From NCBI GenBank assembly GCA_024275565.1, contig JAJRYY010000127.1:124-64123 (forward strand): a stretch of 64,000 nt of DNA. Direction: 5' to 3'. Under the pieces are notes generated by a model. It was not told where the DNA came from, made no database searches, and saw nothing but the letters and a program-made list of their open reading frames with translations. Shown here piece by piece: positions 27,967-37,900 of this stretch (positions are counted from its first letter, which is position 1; every line of letters starts with the position of its first letter). This stretch comes from Planctomycetota bacterium. Lineage in GTDB: Bacteria > Planctomycetota > Phycisphaerae > UBA1845. The translations under genes and the position numbers were made by a program.

Positions 27967-29964
27967 ATGGCGTCCATTCAGCAACTGCCCGACATCCTTG
28001 TCAAGAAAATCGCAGCTGGTGAGGTGATTGAGCGCCCTGCCAGTGTGGCGAAGGAGCTTCTGGAAAACGCCGTTGACGCAGGATCGACACGCATCACGTT
28101 GTATGCCGAAGAGGGTGGCAGAGTGCTGCTCCGGGTTACCGATGATGGTTGTGGGGTTCCGGCGGATCAGTTGCGTCTGGCGGTCATGCCCCATGCTACC
28201 AGCAAGCTTTGCGACGAGGACGATCTTTATCGGATCACGTCGATGGGTTTTCGCGGGGAAGCGTTGGCCAGCATCGGATCCGTTTCGCAGCTTCGATTTC
28301 TCTCCCGCCCGCATGAAGCTGTCGAAGGTGCTGAGATTTGTGTGGCGGCTGAGGAGGTCAGGACGGACCGTGCGGCTGGCTGCCCTCCTGGAACGACGGT
28401 CGAGATCCGCGATCTGTTTTTCAATGTTCCTGCGCGGCGAAAATTTCTCCGTTCCGCCAGCGCTGAGTTTGGACACATCAACGTCCAGTTTACACGCATT
28501 GCCCTTGCGCACCCGAACATTGGATTTGAGCTGATCCACCACAAGCGCGCGGTGCATCGGCTTGGCGTTCATGATGGGTACCTGTCGCGCATCGCCAAGC
28601 TTTTCAGTCCCGAGCTTGCGGAGGCTTTGATTCCGATCGAGCGGTGTGACGCGGGTTTGAAACTCACGGGATTTGTTGCTCCGCCGTGCGACGCCCGCTC
28701 CAATGCCAATTGGCAGTATACGTTTCTGAATGATCGCTACATTCGTGACAAGTCGATTCAGCACGCCATCCGCGAAGCCCACCGGGGGTTGATCGATCCG
28801 CATCGTCATCCGATCGCTTTTCTGTTTCTCACGATTGATCCGTCGCTCGTTGATGTGAACGTGCATCCGACGAAGATCGAGGTTCGCTGGCAGGATGGGC
28901 GGGCTGTTCATTCCATCGTGCATGGTGCGATTCGAGAAGCGCTCCAGGGTGCAGACCTGACGCCATCGTTGAGCATGTCGCGGTCGTTGCAGATGTCCCC
29001 GGTTTCGAACCGCCCACCCGTGGACCCGGCTGAACAGGCGAGGCTGCGGGAAGCCTTTGTCAACGAGATGCGTGGTCTCACGCCACCGCGTCCAGGGTCA
29101 GGTGAACCGTCGCACAATCCTGCAGCGCAGGGCAGCATGGGGTCACAGGGCAGCATGGGGTCACCGGGCGGTATGGGGTCACCGGGCAGTATGGGTTCGC
29201 AGGGTGGTATGGGTATGCAGGGTGACGTCGGTGCGATCGGTATGGAAGCCTGGCGACGTCTGTACAGTCCGACGCCGCCAGATGCGGGTGATGCGGGGTC
29301 TGGCGTCGCTCATCATCCTGCTGCTTCCGGTGTGTCAGATGCTGAAGGTGTGGCAGCCGGTCTTCTGGGTGCTGGATTGCGATCCGGCGGTGCGATCCAG
29401 TTGCACAATACTTATCTGGTGTGCGAGACCGAGGATGGCATGGTCATTATTGACCAGCATGCTCTTCACGAGCGCATTCTTTTTGAGCAGTTCAAGCAGC
29501 GATTGACCACCGGAAATCTGGAGTCGCAGCGTCTTCTTCTGGCTGAAACGCTGACGGTGACGCCGCAGCAGTTGGCTATTGCTGAGGATCATGCAGGTGT
29601 GTTCGAGCGACTTGGGCTGGAGGTGTCGCCCTTCGGGGCGGACGCGCTGGCGATCCACGCGATTCCAATGCTGCTGAAAGATGATGACGCCGCATCCTTC
29701 GTGCGTGATCTACTGGAGCGGCTCGAACGTGACGGCGGTCGTGATAAAGAAAGCACCAGCGGAGATGCGTTTCTGTACGACCTGCTGTCGATGATGGCGT
29801 GCAAGGCTGCCATCAAAGCTGGCGACCCGCTGACGCCTGAGGAGATGTCTGCGCTCGTTGCGCAAAAGGAGTTGATCGAGCATTCCAGCAACTGCCCGCA
29901 CGGCAGGCCTACCACGCTTCGACTGACCGTGGCTGACCTGGAACGACAGTTCAAACGCACATGA
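27967..29964 (+). CDS. mutL: DNA mismatch repair protein MutL
   Basis: N-terminal GHKL ATPase motifs IAAGEVIERPASVAKELLENAVDAGS and C-terminal dimerisation/endonuclease region. ATG 27967 gives the canonical N-terminus; the ORF is open from 27568. Confidence 0.95.
   Translation: MASIQQLPDILVKKIAAGEVIERPASVAKELLENAVDAGSTRITLYAEEGGRVLLRVTDDGCGVPADQLRLAVMPHATSKLCDEDDLYRITSMGFRGEALASIGSVSQLRFLSRPHEAVEGAEICVAAEEVRTDRAAGCPPGTTVEIRDLFFNVPARRKFLRSASAEFGHINVQFTRIALAHPNIGFELIHHKRAVHRLGVHDGYLSRIAKLFSPELAEALIPIERCDAGLKLTGFVAPPCDARSNANWQYTFLNDRYIRDKSIQHAIREAHRGLIDPHRHPIAFLFLTIDPSLVDVNVHPTKIEVRWQDGRAVHSIVHGAIREALQGADLTPSLSMSRSLQMSPVSNRPPVDPAEQARLREAFVNEMRGLTPPRPGSGEPSHNPAAQGSMGSQGSMGSPGGMGSPGSMGSQGGMGMQGDVGAIGMEAWRRLYSPTPPDAGDAGSGVAHHPAASGVSDAEGVAAGLLGAGLRSGGAIQLHNTYLVCETEDGMVIIDQHALHERILFEQFKQRLTTGNLESQRLLLAETLTVTPQQLAIAEDHAGVFERLGLEVSPFGADALAIHAIPMLLKDDDAASFVRDLLERLERDGGRDKESTSGDAFLYDLLSMMACKAAIKAGDPLTPEEMSALVAQKELIEHSSNCPHGRPTTLRLTVADLERQFKRT
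29128..29217. repeat. 18-bp x5 in-frame tandem repeat in the MutL linker (QGSMGS units)
   Basis: Units cagggcagcatggggtca x2, then ccgggcggtatggggtca, ccgggcagtatgggttcg, cagggtggtatgggtatg. Confidence 0.95.
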
Positions 29965-30048
29965 TTCCCCGGGACGCACTGGCGGTATGATGGTGTCAGG
30001 TGGTCAGGCAGTATCAGGCGGTATGACAGTACTCAGGAACTGAGGAGA

Positions 30049-31341
30049 ATGGAACACATGGACAACATCATCACGCGGGTCACGTTCTGTAAGGGTGCGT
30101 CAGCTTTCCTCGTCAGTGTTGTACTCATCGTTTTTGCATCCGGATGCGCGACGGCGACGGTGGATCACAACTGGCCTGCCTGGGGCGGTCCACACGGAGA
30201 TTTCACCGTCAACGCACCCCGCCTCTCCAATGGGTGGCCTGCGGACGGTCCGCCGAAAATCTGGTCCAGAGCGCTTGGGGCTGGCTATGCTACGATCGTT
30301 TGCGAGGACAATACGCTGTACACGATGTATCGGGATGGTGACAATGACACGGTCATAGCGCTCGACCCCGACACCGGGAACACCATCTGGGACTACTCCT
30401 ACGAATCCAAGCCCTACGAAGGTGTGAAACTCCGTCTCGAATTCGGGACCGGTCCCAATGCGACCCCGCTCATCCTCGACGACCGACTTGTCACCATCAG
30501 CTTCTCAGCCAGGATGCACTGCCTCGACCGTGCGACGGGAAAACTGCTCTGGTCTCACGATCTTGTTCATGAATTCGGCGGGAAGGTTCAGGAATTTGGC
30601 TACGCGACAAGCCCGATCCTGCACGACGGAAACATCATCGCGCTGGTCGGCGGTGAACAACACGGCGTGATGGCATTCAATCCTGACGACGGGTCTGTCG
30701 TATGGGCATCCGGACCGCACGACATCAGTTATAGCACGCCGCTTGTGATCGATGTTCAAGGTCTTCAGCAGATCGTTTTCTTCACATCCGAAGAGGTTGT
30801 CGGCATCGCAGCAGACGATGGCAGATTCCTCTGGCGATCCCCCTGCGTCAACGAATACAAAAACAACGCAGCCCCCCTCATCTACAAGCAAGACGATCGC
30901 CTGCTCTGGGTGACCACGCAGATGGACGGGGGTACGCGCGTGCTACGCCTGACGCGGGAGGGCGATGGGGTGAGTACCGAGCAGGTCTGGTTCAACGATA
31001 AGATCAAAATTTTTCACTGGAACGCCGTCCGGCGTGGTGACACCGTGTTCGCCTCGATCGGAAGTCAGGTCACATTCCTGTCAGCCATCGACATCCGGAC
31101 CGGCGAAATTCTCTGGCGTGAGCGTGGTTTTCATAAGGCGAACGGTCTCCTGGCTGACGGGAAGTGGATTTTTCTGGACGAGAACGGAACGCTCGCGATG
31201 GCGAGGCCGACCAGAGATGGCCTCGACCTACGCGCCTCCACACCCCTGACCAGCAAGGTGTCGTGGACAGCTCCCACGCTGGTGGGTACGACCCTGTACG
31301 TCCGCGACAAAGAGCAGATTATTGCCCTGGACCTGAGGTAG
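30049..31341 (+). CDS. PQQ-like beta-propeller repeat lipoprotein (BamB-like fold family)
   Basis: Signal peptide with an FASGC lipobox-like site. Repeated ...G..lW... blade motifs (GNTIWDY, GKLLWSH, GSVVWAS, GRFLWRS, GEILWRE). Confidence 0.8.
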   Translation: MEHMDNIITRVTFCKGASAFLVSVVLIVFASGCATATVDHNWPAWGGPHGDFTVNAPRLSNGWPADGPPKIWSRALGAGYATIVCEDNTLYTMYRDGDNDTVIALDPDTGNTIWDYSYESKPYEGVKLRLEFGTGPNATPLILDDRLVTISFSARMHCLDRATGKLLWSHDLVHEFGGKVQEFGYATSPILHDGNIIALVGGEQHGVMAFNPDDGSVVWASGPHDISYSTPLVIDVQGLQQIVFFTSEEVVGIAADDGRFLWRSPCVNEYKNNAAPLIYKQDDRLLWVTTQMDGGTRVLRLTREGDGVSTEQVWFNDKIKIFHWNAVRRGDTVFASIGSQVTFLSAIDIRTGEILWRERGFHKANGLLADGKWIFLDENGTLAMARPTRDGLDLRASTPLTSKVSWTAPTLVGTTLYVRDKEQIIALDLR

Positions 31342-31362
31342 GGGGGCGTGCCGCTTCATTTT

Positions 31363-31411
31363 GGGGTTCAGGGTGCGGTGGGTTCAGGGTGTGATGGATT
31401 CAAGGTCCGAT
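31363..31411. repeat. 16-17-bp x3 tandem repeat
   Basis: Units ggggttcagggtgcggt / gggttcagggtgtgat / ggattcaaggtccgat. Confidence 0.9.
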
Positions 31412-31602
31412 ATTATTTTCTGCGCAAAATTGTCGAATTTTGTATGCGGTGCCCATCGATGCGAGGGGGAGGCGTGGTTTGTTGCATAACCGGGTGTGTT
31501 GGGCGGATTCAATATCCGTACAACCAGGATTCATGTGATCGAGCGCACGAGGCGTTCGGCGTGGGAATGTCGTTCTGGAACCCCTTTTGGAGAAGAATTT
31601 CG

Positions 31603-32553
31603 ATGCGTAACGCCCTATTCGCCCTCACCATCGCCGCATTTGCACTTGCCCCTGCGTTTGTCAGCGCAGGTCCGAATTGCTCAAAAAATCCCAAGACCGC
31701 CTCCAGCAAGCCCGGCTGCTGTGCGAAATCCGGTGCATCCAAGGCTGATGCATCCAAATCGTCTGGGTCCAAGGCCACTGTTGCGTCCGATAAGGCATCT
31801 GCCCCATGTGCTGGTAAATCTGGTAAGAAGTGTGATAAGGCTGGCAAGGGTTGTCCCAAAGCTGGCAAGGACGGTTCCAAGGCGGACAAGGGTTGTCCCA
31901 AGGCTGGTGCAGAATGTTGCTCCAAAGCCGGTGCGAACTGCCCCAAGGCTGGTTCGGACTGCTGCAAGGCGAAACTCGCCGCTGCCAACGTTCCCCTCAT
32001 GCGTTGCGTCGTGGGTGATGAAGTCACCAACTGCCCGATGGAAGCTATGAAGATTGCTGAGAAGAGTGGTCTGACGCCTGAATTCTACCTCGATGACACC
32101 AAGTACACCGATCCGAAGGAAGCTGGAAAAGCATATGCTGCCCGTCTTGAGAGTTTTCTGGGTGAAATCACGACAGTGAAGTATGTGGTGGGGTCCGAAA
32201 GCGTTGGATGCCCCAAGACGGCGGGTGCGATGGCCAAGAAAGCTGGTACGGCCATGAAATATCGCCTTGCAGCCTTTGATTTTGACGCTCAGGACGATGC
32301 CCGTGCGGCCGCCAAGCGAGCCACCGAAGCCGCCGAAAAGGTCACGATGGCGACCCTCGTTGATGGAAAGGCCAACGCCTGTCCCATGACTGCCAAGAAA
32401 GCAGCAGCGGATGGGAAGACTGTCGCGTATAAGATCGGAGAGAATAGTGTAGACTGTCCCATTAAGGCCAGTGTCATGCTGAACATGGCGAAGGTCCGTG
32501 CTGCCCTGACCGCGCTGGAAGGAACGGGCGAAAAGACCAAGCCAAGCGCGTAG
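31603..32553 (+). CDS. Secreted Cys/Lys-rich repeat protein (no family recognised)
   Basis: Signal peptide MRNALFALTIAAFALAPAFVSA. A low-complexity K/A/G/S/C region with repeated C(P)KAG units is followed by four modules around an invariant Cys-Pro. The ORF is open from 31348, but ATG 31603 gives the signal peptide. Confidence 0.75.
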   Translation: MRNALFALTIAAFALAPAFVSAGPNCSKNPKTASSKPGCCAKSGASKADASKSSGSKATVASDKASAPCAGKSGKKCDKAGKGCPKAGKDGSKADKGCPKAGAECCSKAGANCPKAGSDCCKAKLAAANVPLMRCVVGDEVTNCPMEAMKIAEKSGLTPEFYLDDTKYTDPKEAGKAYAARLESFLGEITTVKYVVGSESVGCPKTAGAMAKKAGTAMKYRLAAFDFDAQDDARAAAKRATEAAEKVTMATLVDGKANACPMTAKKAAADGKTVAYKIGENSVDCPIKASVMLNMAKVRAALTALEGTGEKTKPSA

Positions 32554-32571
32554 CAACAAAGAGAACCTGCG

Positions 32572-33249
32572 GTGCGTCGTAGACCAGATCCGATCGGGTT
32601 TGCGGCGCACCCCATTTTCATCTGTTTTGCTCTGCTGGCGGAGGGATCAGGTATCCACCAGACGACAACGGAACGCACAAGCAAGCCCAGTGAGAATGGC
32701 AGAACCCCGCAGGATACCTTGCGGCGAATTCTGTCCGAGGGGGTTGATGCGCTCTACCGTTTCATCCTCGTTCGTGTGGGGTCCGATCGTAGCGTGGCAG
32801 AGGACATTCTCCAGCAGACTGCGTTCACCGCGCTCGCTCACGCCCGAAGTCCCGAAGACGAACCCGATCAGGAAGCGTGGTTGCGCGGGATCGCCCGGAA
32901 TCAGATTAAACGTCATTGGCGCATGACGCGCCGAAACGCAGAACCGACCAATGGGAACGGGAAAATCGCCCGCGAGCTTCTGGCGACGATCGACCGTCGG
33001 ACACCCCATGGAGGTGAGGCGCCTGAACATGCGCTGTACACAAAAGAGATGACCGACCGCCTCTTTGGGGCTGTTGCGTCTCTTTCGCGTGAGGATCAGT
33101 GGTTGCTGTACGCATATTATCGCCACGACCGGTCGCAATCCGACATTGCGCGTGAACTCTGCACCACGAGCAAAAGCGTCGAGTCCCGACTCTATCGGGT
33201 TCGAAGCCGACTCCGCAGGATGCTCGAAGATTTAGAAAACGAAGACTGA
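32572..33249 (+). CDS. ECF-type RNA polymerase sigma-70 family factor
   Basis: Region 2 (ALYRFILVRVG..VAEDILQQTAFTAL) and region 4 HTH (QSDIARELCTTSKSVESRLYRVRSRLR). The true start may lie downstream of 32572. Confidence 0.85.
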   Translation: MRRRPDPIGFAAHPIFICFALLAEGSGIHQTTTERTSKPSENGRTPQDTLRRILSEGVDALYRFILVRVGSDRSVAEDILQQTAFTALAHARSPEDEPDQEAWLRGIARNQIKRHWRMTRRNAEPTNGNGKIARELLATIDRRTPHGGEAPEHALYTKEMTDRLFGAVASLSREDQWLLYAYYRHDRSQSDIARELCTTSKSVESRLYRVRSRLRRMLEDLENED

Positions 33250-33275
33250 TGCCAAAGTATGCTGGTGGCATCTGC

Positions 33276-33377
33276 CTGGTCGCAACATCAGATGTCTGGT
33301 CGCAATATCAGAGAGCTGATTACGACGTCAGAGGGCTGACTACAACGTCAGAATATGGTGATTATAATGTCAGAATA
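33276..33377. repeat. 20-bp x5 tandem repeat between the sigma and anti-sigma genes
   Basis: Units ctggtcgcaacatcagatgt / ctggtcgcaatatcagagag / ctgattacgacgtcagaggg / ctgactacaacgtcagaata / tggtgattataatgtcagaata. The array covers both candidate ATGs (33355, 33367). Confidence 0.9.
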
Positions 33378-34305
33378 TGATGAGAGGGACCAGCAATTCG
33401 ACGCCTTTCTGAAGTCTGTGGGGCCGGATCTGCCCGAGCCGACAGCTTCCGAAGCCCTCAAGGACCGCGTACATGCGATGCTCGACGCTGCTGACGCCAC
33501 CACTCATGCAGTTGTCACTGATGCGACACCACCGATGTCAGCCAATGTGCATATTCCACGCAACGAAGCACCCCCAGCCCTGGGGCGTTTGAAGTGGTTG
33601 ACTGCTGCCCTGGCAGCCTGCGTCGCCGTTATGGGAACCGCCAATATTTTCCAGTGGAGCGAAATGCGTCAACTCCACACCACCATCACATCAATGCAGA
33701 CAAACGACCGCGATTCATCGACCATGGCCTTCAATACAACCGTCAAATCACGCCATGACATGGTCAAACCCTGTGACGCCCGTGGAGATACACGGCAGAA
33801 CTCCCCTGGTGTTAGACGTCCCGGGCAGATTCAGCTGGTCACCGACGGTGGCGATACCCAGCAGCGTGGTAACGCAATTGCTCGTGGCGATGCAACAAAC
33901 CATCCGTGTGCTTGCGTGGGAAAACCGTGCGATCCCACAAAGAAACGCTGTCTGTCTGATCCGCGATTCGTCCTCGTCAATCTATTCCACGAACTCTGCC
34001 CGAGATCGCGGATGATGAAACCGCTCTTTGAACAATTTGCCGAGGGCCACAAAGACGACCCCGATCTTTTCTGCATCACCCTCGACATCACAGGATCCCA
34101 CCTTCGCGACGCCATCACCCACGCAAGCATGCTTGGCGTTGGCTGTGCTTTTGAGGATAAACCTGGTTTTGAATCCGGAATGATTAAAATCATCGACAAG
34201 GATGAATCCGCCGTCATCGCCAGGACCGCCACGGTTGAAGGTCTTTCCGACCTCGATCGCATCATCATGCAGTTGCGGTCGTCAGCCGAGACCTCGCCAC
34301 CTTAA
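33355..34305 (+). CDS. Single-pass membrane protein, putative anti-sigma factor with periplasmic thioredoxin-like domain
   Basis: Lies directly downstream of the ECF sigma gene. One TM helix (WLTAALAACVAVMGTANIF). C-terminal Trx-fold-like segment VLVNLFHELCPRSRMMKPLFEQFA (CPRS in place of CxxC) plus a CACVGKPCDPTKKRC cluster. Confidence 0.55.
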   Translation: MVIIMSEYDERDQQFDAFLKSVGPDLPEPTASEALKDRVHAMLDAADATTHAVVTDATPPMSANVHIPRNEAPPALGRLKWLTAALAACVAVMGTANIFQWSEMRQLHTTITSMQTNDRDSSTMAFNTTVKSRHDMVKPCDARGDTRQNSPGVRRPGQIQLVTDGGDTQQRGNAIARGDATNHPCACVGKPCDPTKKRCLSDPRFVLVNLFHELCPRSRMMKPLFEQFAEGHKDDPDLFCITLDITGSHLRDAITHASMLGVGCAFEDKPGFESGMIKIIDKDESAVIARTATVEGLSDLDRIIMQLRSSAETSPP

Positions 34306-34367
34306 GTCTTTGAGGGGTGCTGGAAGTCGTTGAGGAGTGTTGGCGTAAGTCTTCGATGGCGTTGAAG
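34304..34367. repeat. ~21-bp x3 tandem repeat starting at the anti-sigma stop codon
   Basis: Units aagtctttgaggggtgctgg / aagtcgttgaggagtgttggcgt / aagtcttcgatggcgttgaag. Confidence 0.85.
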
Positions 34368-34426
34368 AATATGTCGTCCTTTCTGGCGGTTTCCCATCCA
34401 TCCCAGAAGCCTTTCCACCATCTTCT

Positions 34427-34477
34427 ATACCGCTGGTACTTCTACATCGCTGGTACTTCCATACCGCTGGTATTCCT
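34427..34477. repeat. 17-bp x3 tandem repeat
   Basis: Units ataccgctggtacttct / acatcgctggtacttcc / ataccgctggtattcct. Confidence 0.9.
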
Positions 34478-34935
34478 GTGTTTTCTGTGTTTCGCTTGCT
34501 CGGCGTCCCCGGCGACCTGTCACGGCTGCATCAGGGTGCCACTCATCTCCCGCATGGGTTCGCCATCAGGGTCACTGCCTGGATAAACGTTCATCTGAGT
34601 TTGAGTCGTTACGCCAATACAGGTCATTTCAGCGATTCGCTACGAATCCTCCGAGGCATGCTCGTTTACTGAAGTGCTGCACCACTTCCGGTTTTATCGG
34701 CTTTATGGACTCGAAGACCTGGGCATGTCGGGTTGCAGTGGTTTTTGGAAATATTGAGGATTGGTGTTATGGTCGTGGGGTTGTGAGTTTGTCGGGCTGG
34801 CGAATTCGATTTTATTGTGACAGTGATGTGATGTCCGTTTCTTCAGGCCTCCCTTCCTGGTTGTCTTCAGGATCGCGTCCAGGGGTTTGAGCGGCGTTTG
34901 CGTTGATATTGCGGGAAAGGTCTGGAAAGCGGGAC

Positions 34936-37900
34936 ATGAAGGCGATTGAGGTCGGACTGAAGAATCCCTATCTGGTGGTCGTGCTGGTGCTTGCGATTGC
35001 GGTGGTGGGCGGGGTGTCTATGACACGTATTCCTGCTGACTTGTTGCCGCAATTTAATACGCCAGCGGTTCAGGTGGTCTGTTTTTATCCCGGGATGCCG
35101 CCTGAAGTGATGGAGCGCGACATCATGAGTCGTCTGGAGCGCTGGACGGGTCAGAGTGTTGGCATTGAGCATCAGGAAGCCAAGGCGATGCTTGGCGTGT
35201 GTGTGGTGAAGGATTTCTTTCGCGAGGATGTCAGTTTCGACACAGCCATGTCGCAGGTGACGTCGTATGCGATGAGTGACATGTTTTATCTGCCGCCGGG
35301 GACGATTCCGCCGATGGTCATGCCGTTCGATCCGACGGCTTCGGTTCCGTTGTGCCTGGTGAGTGTTTCGAGTCCGACGATGACGGAGAAGGAGCTGTAT
35401 GACGTTGCTTATTATGAGCTTCGGAATCAGCTTCAGTCGATTCGGGGGGTGATTGCGCCAGCGGTCTATGGTGGTGTGTTGAAGCGGATTTATGCGTATG
35501 TTGATCCGGTGAAGCTGGCTGCCCGTGGGATGAGTCCGATGGATGTGGTGGATACGTTGCGTGAGCAGAGCGTGTTCATTCCGACGGGGAATGCGAAGTT
35601 TGGGGATATTGATTATCAGATCGTCTCGAACGCGATGCCGGAAACGGTTGCGGAGATGAACGCGATGCCGGTGAAGGTGGATGATGACGGGTCGGTGGTG
35701 TTCATTCGTGATGTTGCGACGGTGAAGGATACGAGTCAGATTCAGTCGAACAAGGTGCGCATCAACGGGGAGGCGATGGCGTACATTCCGATCTATCGTC
35801 AGCCGGGTGCGAATACGCTTGAGATTGTGACGCGGATTAACTCGAAGTTGAAGCAGATCAACGAACGATTGCGTCAGGAGGATGAGAAGGCTGCGGACCT
35901 CGTCCTGGGCGTGGTGATGGATCAGTCGATAACGGTTCGGAATTCTGTGGACCTGTTGATGCAGACTGCTGCTCTTGGGGCGGTGCTGGCTGGTTTGGTG
36001 GTGCTGTTGTTTTTGCGAAGTTTGCGGATGACGATGATCGTGTGTCTTGCGATTCCGCTGTCGATCATGGCAACGCTGATCGGATTGTTTTACACAGGTG
36101 ATACGCTGAACAGTATGACGCTTGGTGGGTTGGCGCTGGCGATCGGGATTCTGGTGGATCAGTCGATTGTGGTGCTGGATAACATTGTGCGTCATATGCG
36201 GATGGGGAAAGATCGGGTGCAGGCTGCTCTGGATGGAACGCGTGAGGTGTCGCTTCCGGTGCTGGTTTCGACGATTACGTTTGTGGTGGTGTTCTTTCCG
36301 GTGGTGTTCCTGACAGGGGTTCCGCGGTTTCTGTTTGAACCACTCGCGGTGACGGTGACGTTTGCGGTGGTGGCGAGTTATATCATTGCGATGTTTGTGA
36401 TCCCTGCGTTTGCAGCCAAGATGCTCAAGCCGATGGGAGATGGCGATGTTGGGGAGACTGGTGCGCCGGGCTGGTTTACCAGGCTGTTCGGGTCGCTGAT
36501 CTCGATGCGGTTTGTGGTCGTGCCGGTGTCGCTGGTGGTCCTGGCGGGTGCGGCGTTTGTGATGTCCGGGATGGGTCAGGAGCTGTTTCCACCGGTGGAT
36601 TCGAATCAGTTTACGCTGAACGTGCGGTTGCCGTCGGGGACGCGGATCGAGCGGACGGAGGCGGTGGTTGCAGATATTGAGCAGGTGATTATGGACGAGC
36701 TGGGTCAGCCGGATTCTGACCCGGAAGATGAGAAGATTCCGGAATCGAACCTGCGGATCCTGATTTCGAATATTGGCGTTTTGATGGATTGGCCTGCTGC
36801 ATATACGCCGAACAATGGACCGATGGATGCGTTCCTATTGGTGCAGACGAAGGGCAAGGCGGACCGTGCGGGGATTTTTGAGACGGTTGAGGTGTTGCGA
36901 GAGCGACTGGTCAAGGAATTTCCACTGGTTGATTTTGCGTTCGATACGGGCGGGATGATGACGGCTGCCCTGAACTTTGGTGCACCGTCTCCGATTCAGA
37001 TTCAGATTGAAGGTTTTAATCTTGAGACTGCTCAGGAGATTGCTTCTGAGGTGAAGCGGATTGCAGCGGGTGTTGAAGGGACGCGTGATGTGCGGGTTGC
37101 GCAGCGGATCGATTACCCTCAGATCGGGATCGAAGTGGACCGGGTGAAGGCTGCTCAGTTGGGGCTGATGCAGGAAGATGTGATTAAGAATGTGGTGACT
37201 GCGCTGAATTCAAGCGTCGGGTTTGATCCGGCGTTCTGGATCGATCCTCGGAAAGGGAATCATTATTTTATTGGAGCGCAATATCCGGAAGAGATGATCG
37301 ATTCGTTCGAGACGCTGCGAGATATACCGATCACGGGTGCGAACAGCAAAATGCCCATTCCGCTTCGGAACGTGGCCGAATTTTATCGATCGACTGGACC
37401 TGCGGTGGTGAACCATCAGAACATTCAGCGCGTGACGGACGTTTATGTGAATGTGGCTCCGGGGTACGCCGCCGGGACAGTGGCTGCTGAGATTGAGGAG
37501 CAGTTGAATGCGTCCGGGGTACTGGGTTTGACGGCGCATGAGGAAGAGCGTGGGATCCGCTATGCGCTGGGTGGGGTCTATGAGGGCAAGGGGATCGCAC
37601 TTCGGATCAAGGGTGAGACGGAGACGATGCGGAGCGCGTTTTCACAGTTCGGGCAGGGGTTGGTGATCGCAGCCATCCTGGTGTATCTGGCGATGGTCGC
37701 GCAGCTTCGGTCCTTCTCAGTTCCGCTGATTATTCTGGCGAGTGTTCCGCTGGGGTTGGTTGGCGTGGTCCTGGCGCTGAAATTGACCGGGACGAATCTG
37801 AGCATACCAGCCTTCATGGGGATCATCATGATGACAGGGATCGTGGTGGAATACAGTATTATTTTGCTTGAGTTTGCGAACAGCCGCGTGCGGGAGGGGT

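Noticed and set aside
34583-34613. Possible ECF-type promoter (ggatAAAC-N18-CGTT) upstream of the RND operon.
   Set aside because: The spacer is longer than the 16-17 nt typical for ECF promoters, the -35 matches GGAAC/TGAAAC only partially, and it lies more than 300 nt from the start codon. It is not supportable without a TSS.
34317-34890. Small ORFs 34317..34586 (89 aa) and 34705..34890 (61 aa) in the spacer upstream of the RND operon.
   Set aside because: They have no Shine-Dalgarno and no motifs. The first is largely the translation of the tandem repeats at 34304-34477. They are more likely non-coding leader or promoter DNA.
34867-36195. Long antisense ORFs opposite well-supported genes. 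Examples: 34867..36195 (442 aa), 37717..39192 (491 aa), 51555..53291 (578 aa), 56522..58681 (719 aa), 10625..11470, 27916..28923, 31681..32610 and 41797..42816.
   Set aside because: Their translations are H/R/P/T/Q-rich low-complexity strings with no motifs. Each lies fully inside, and antisense to, a gene with clear family signatures (RND, MFP, GT, M16, GT2, MutL, guaA). This is the expected stop-codon-poor antisense frame of a high-GC genome.
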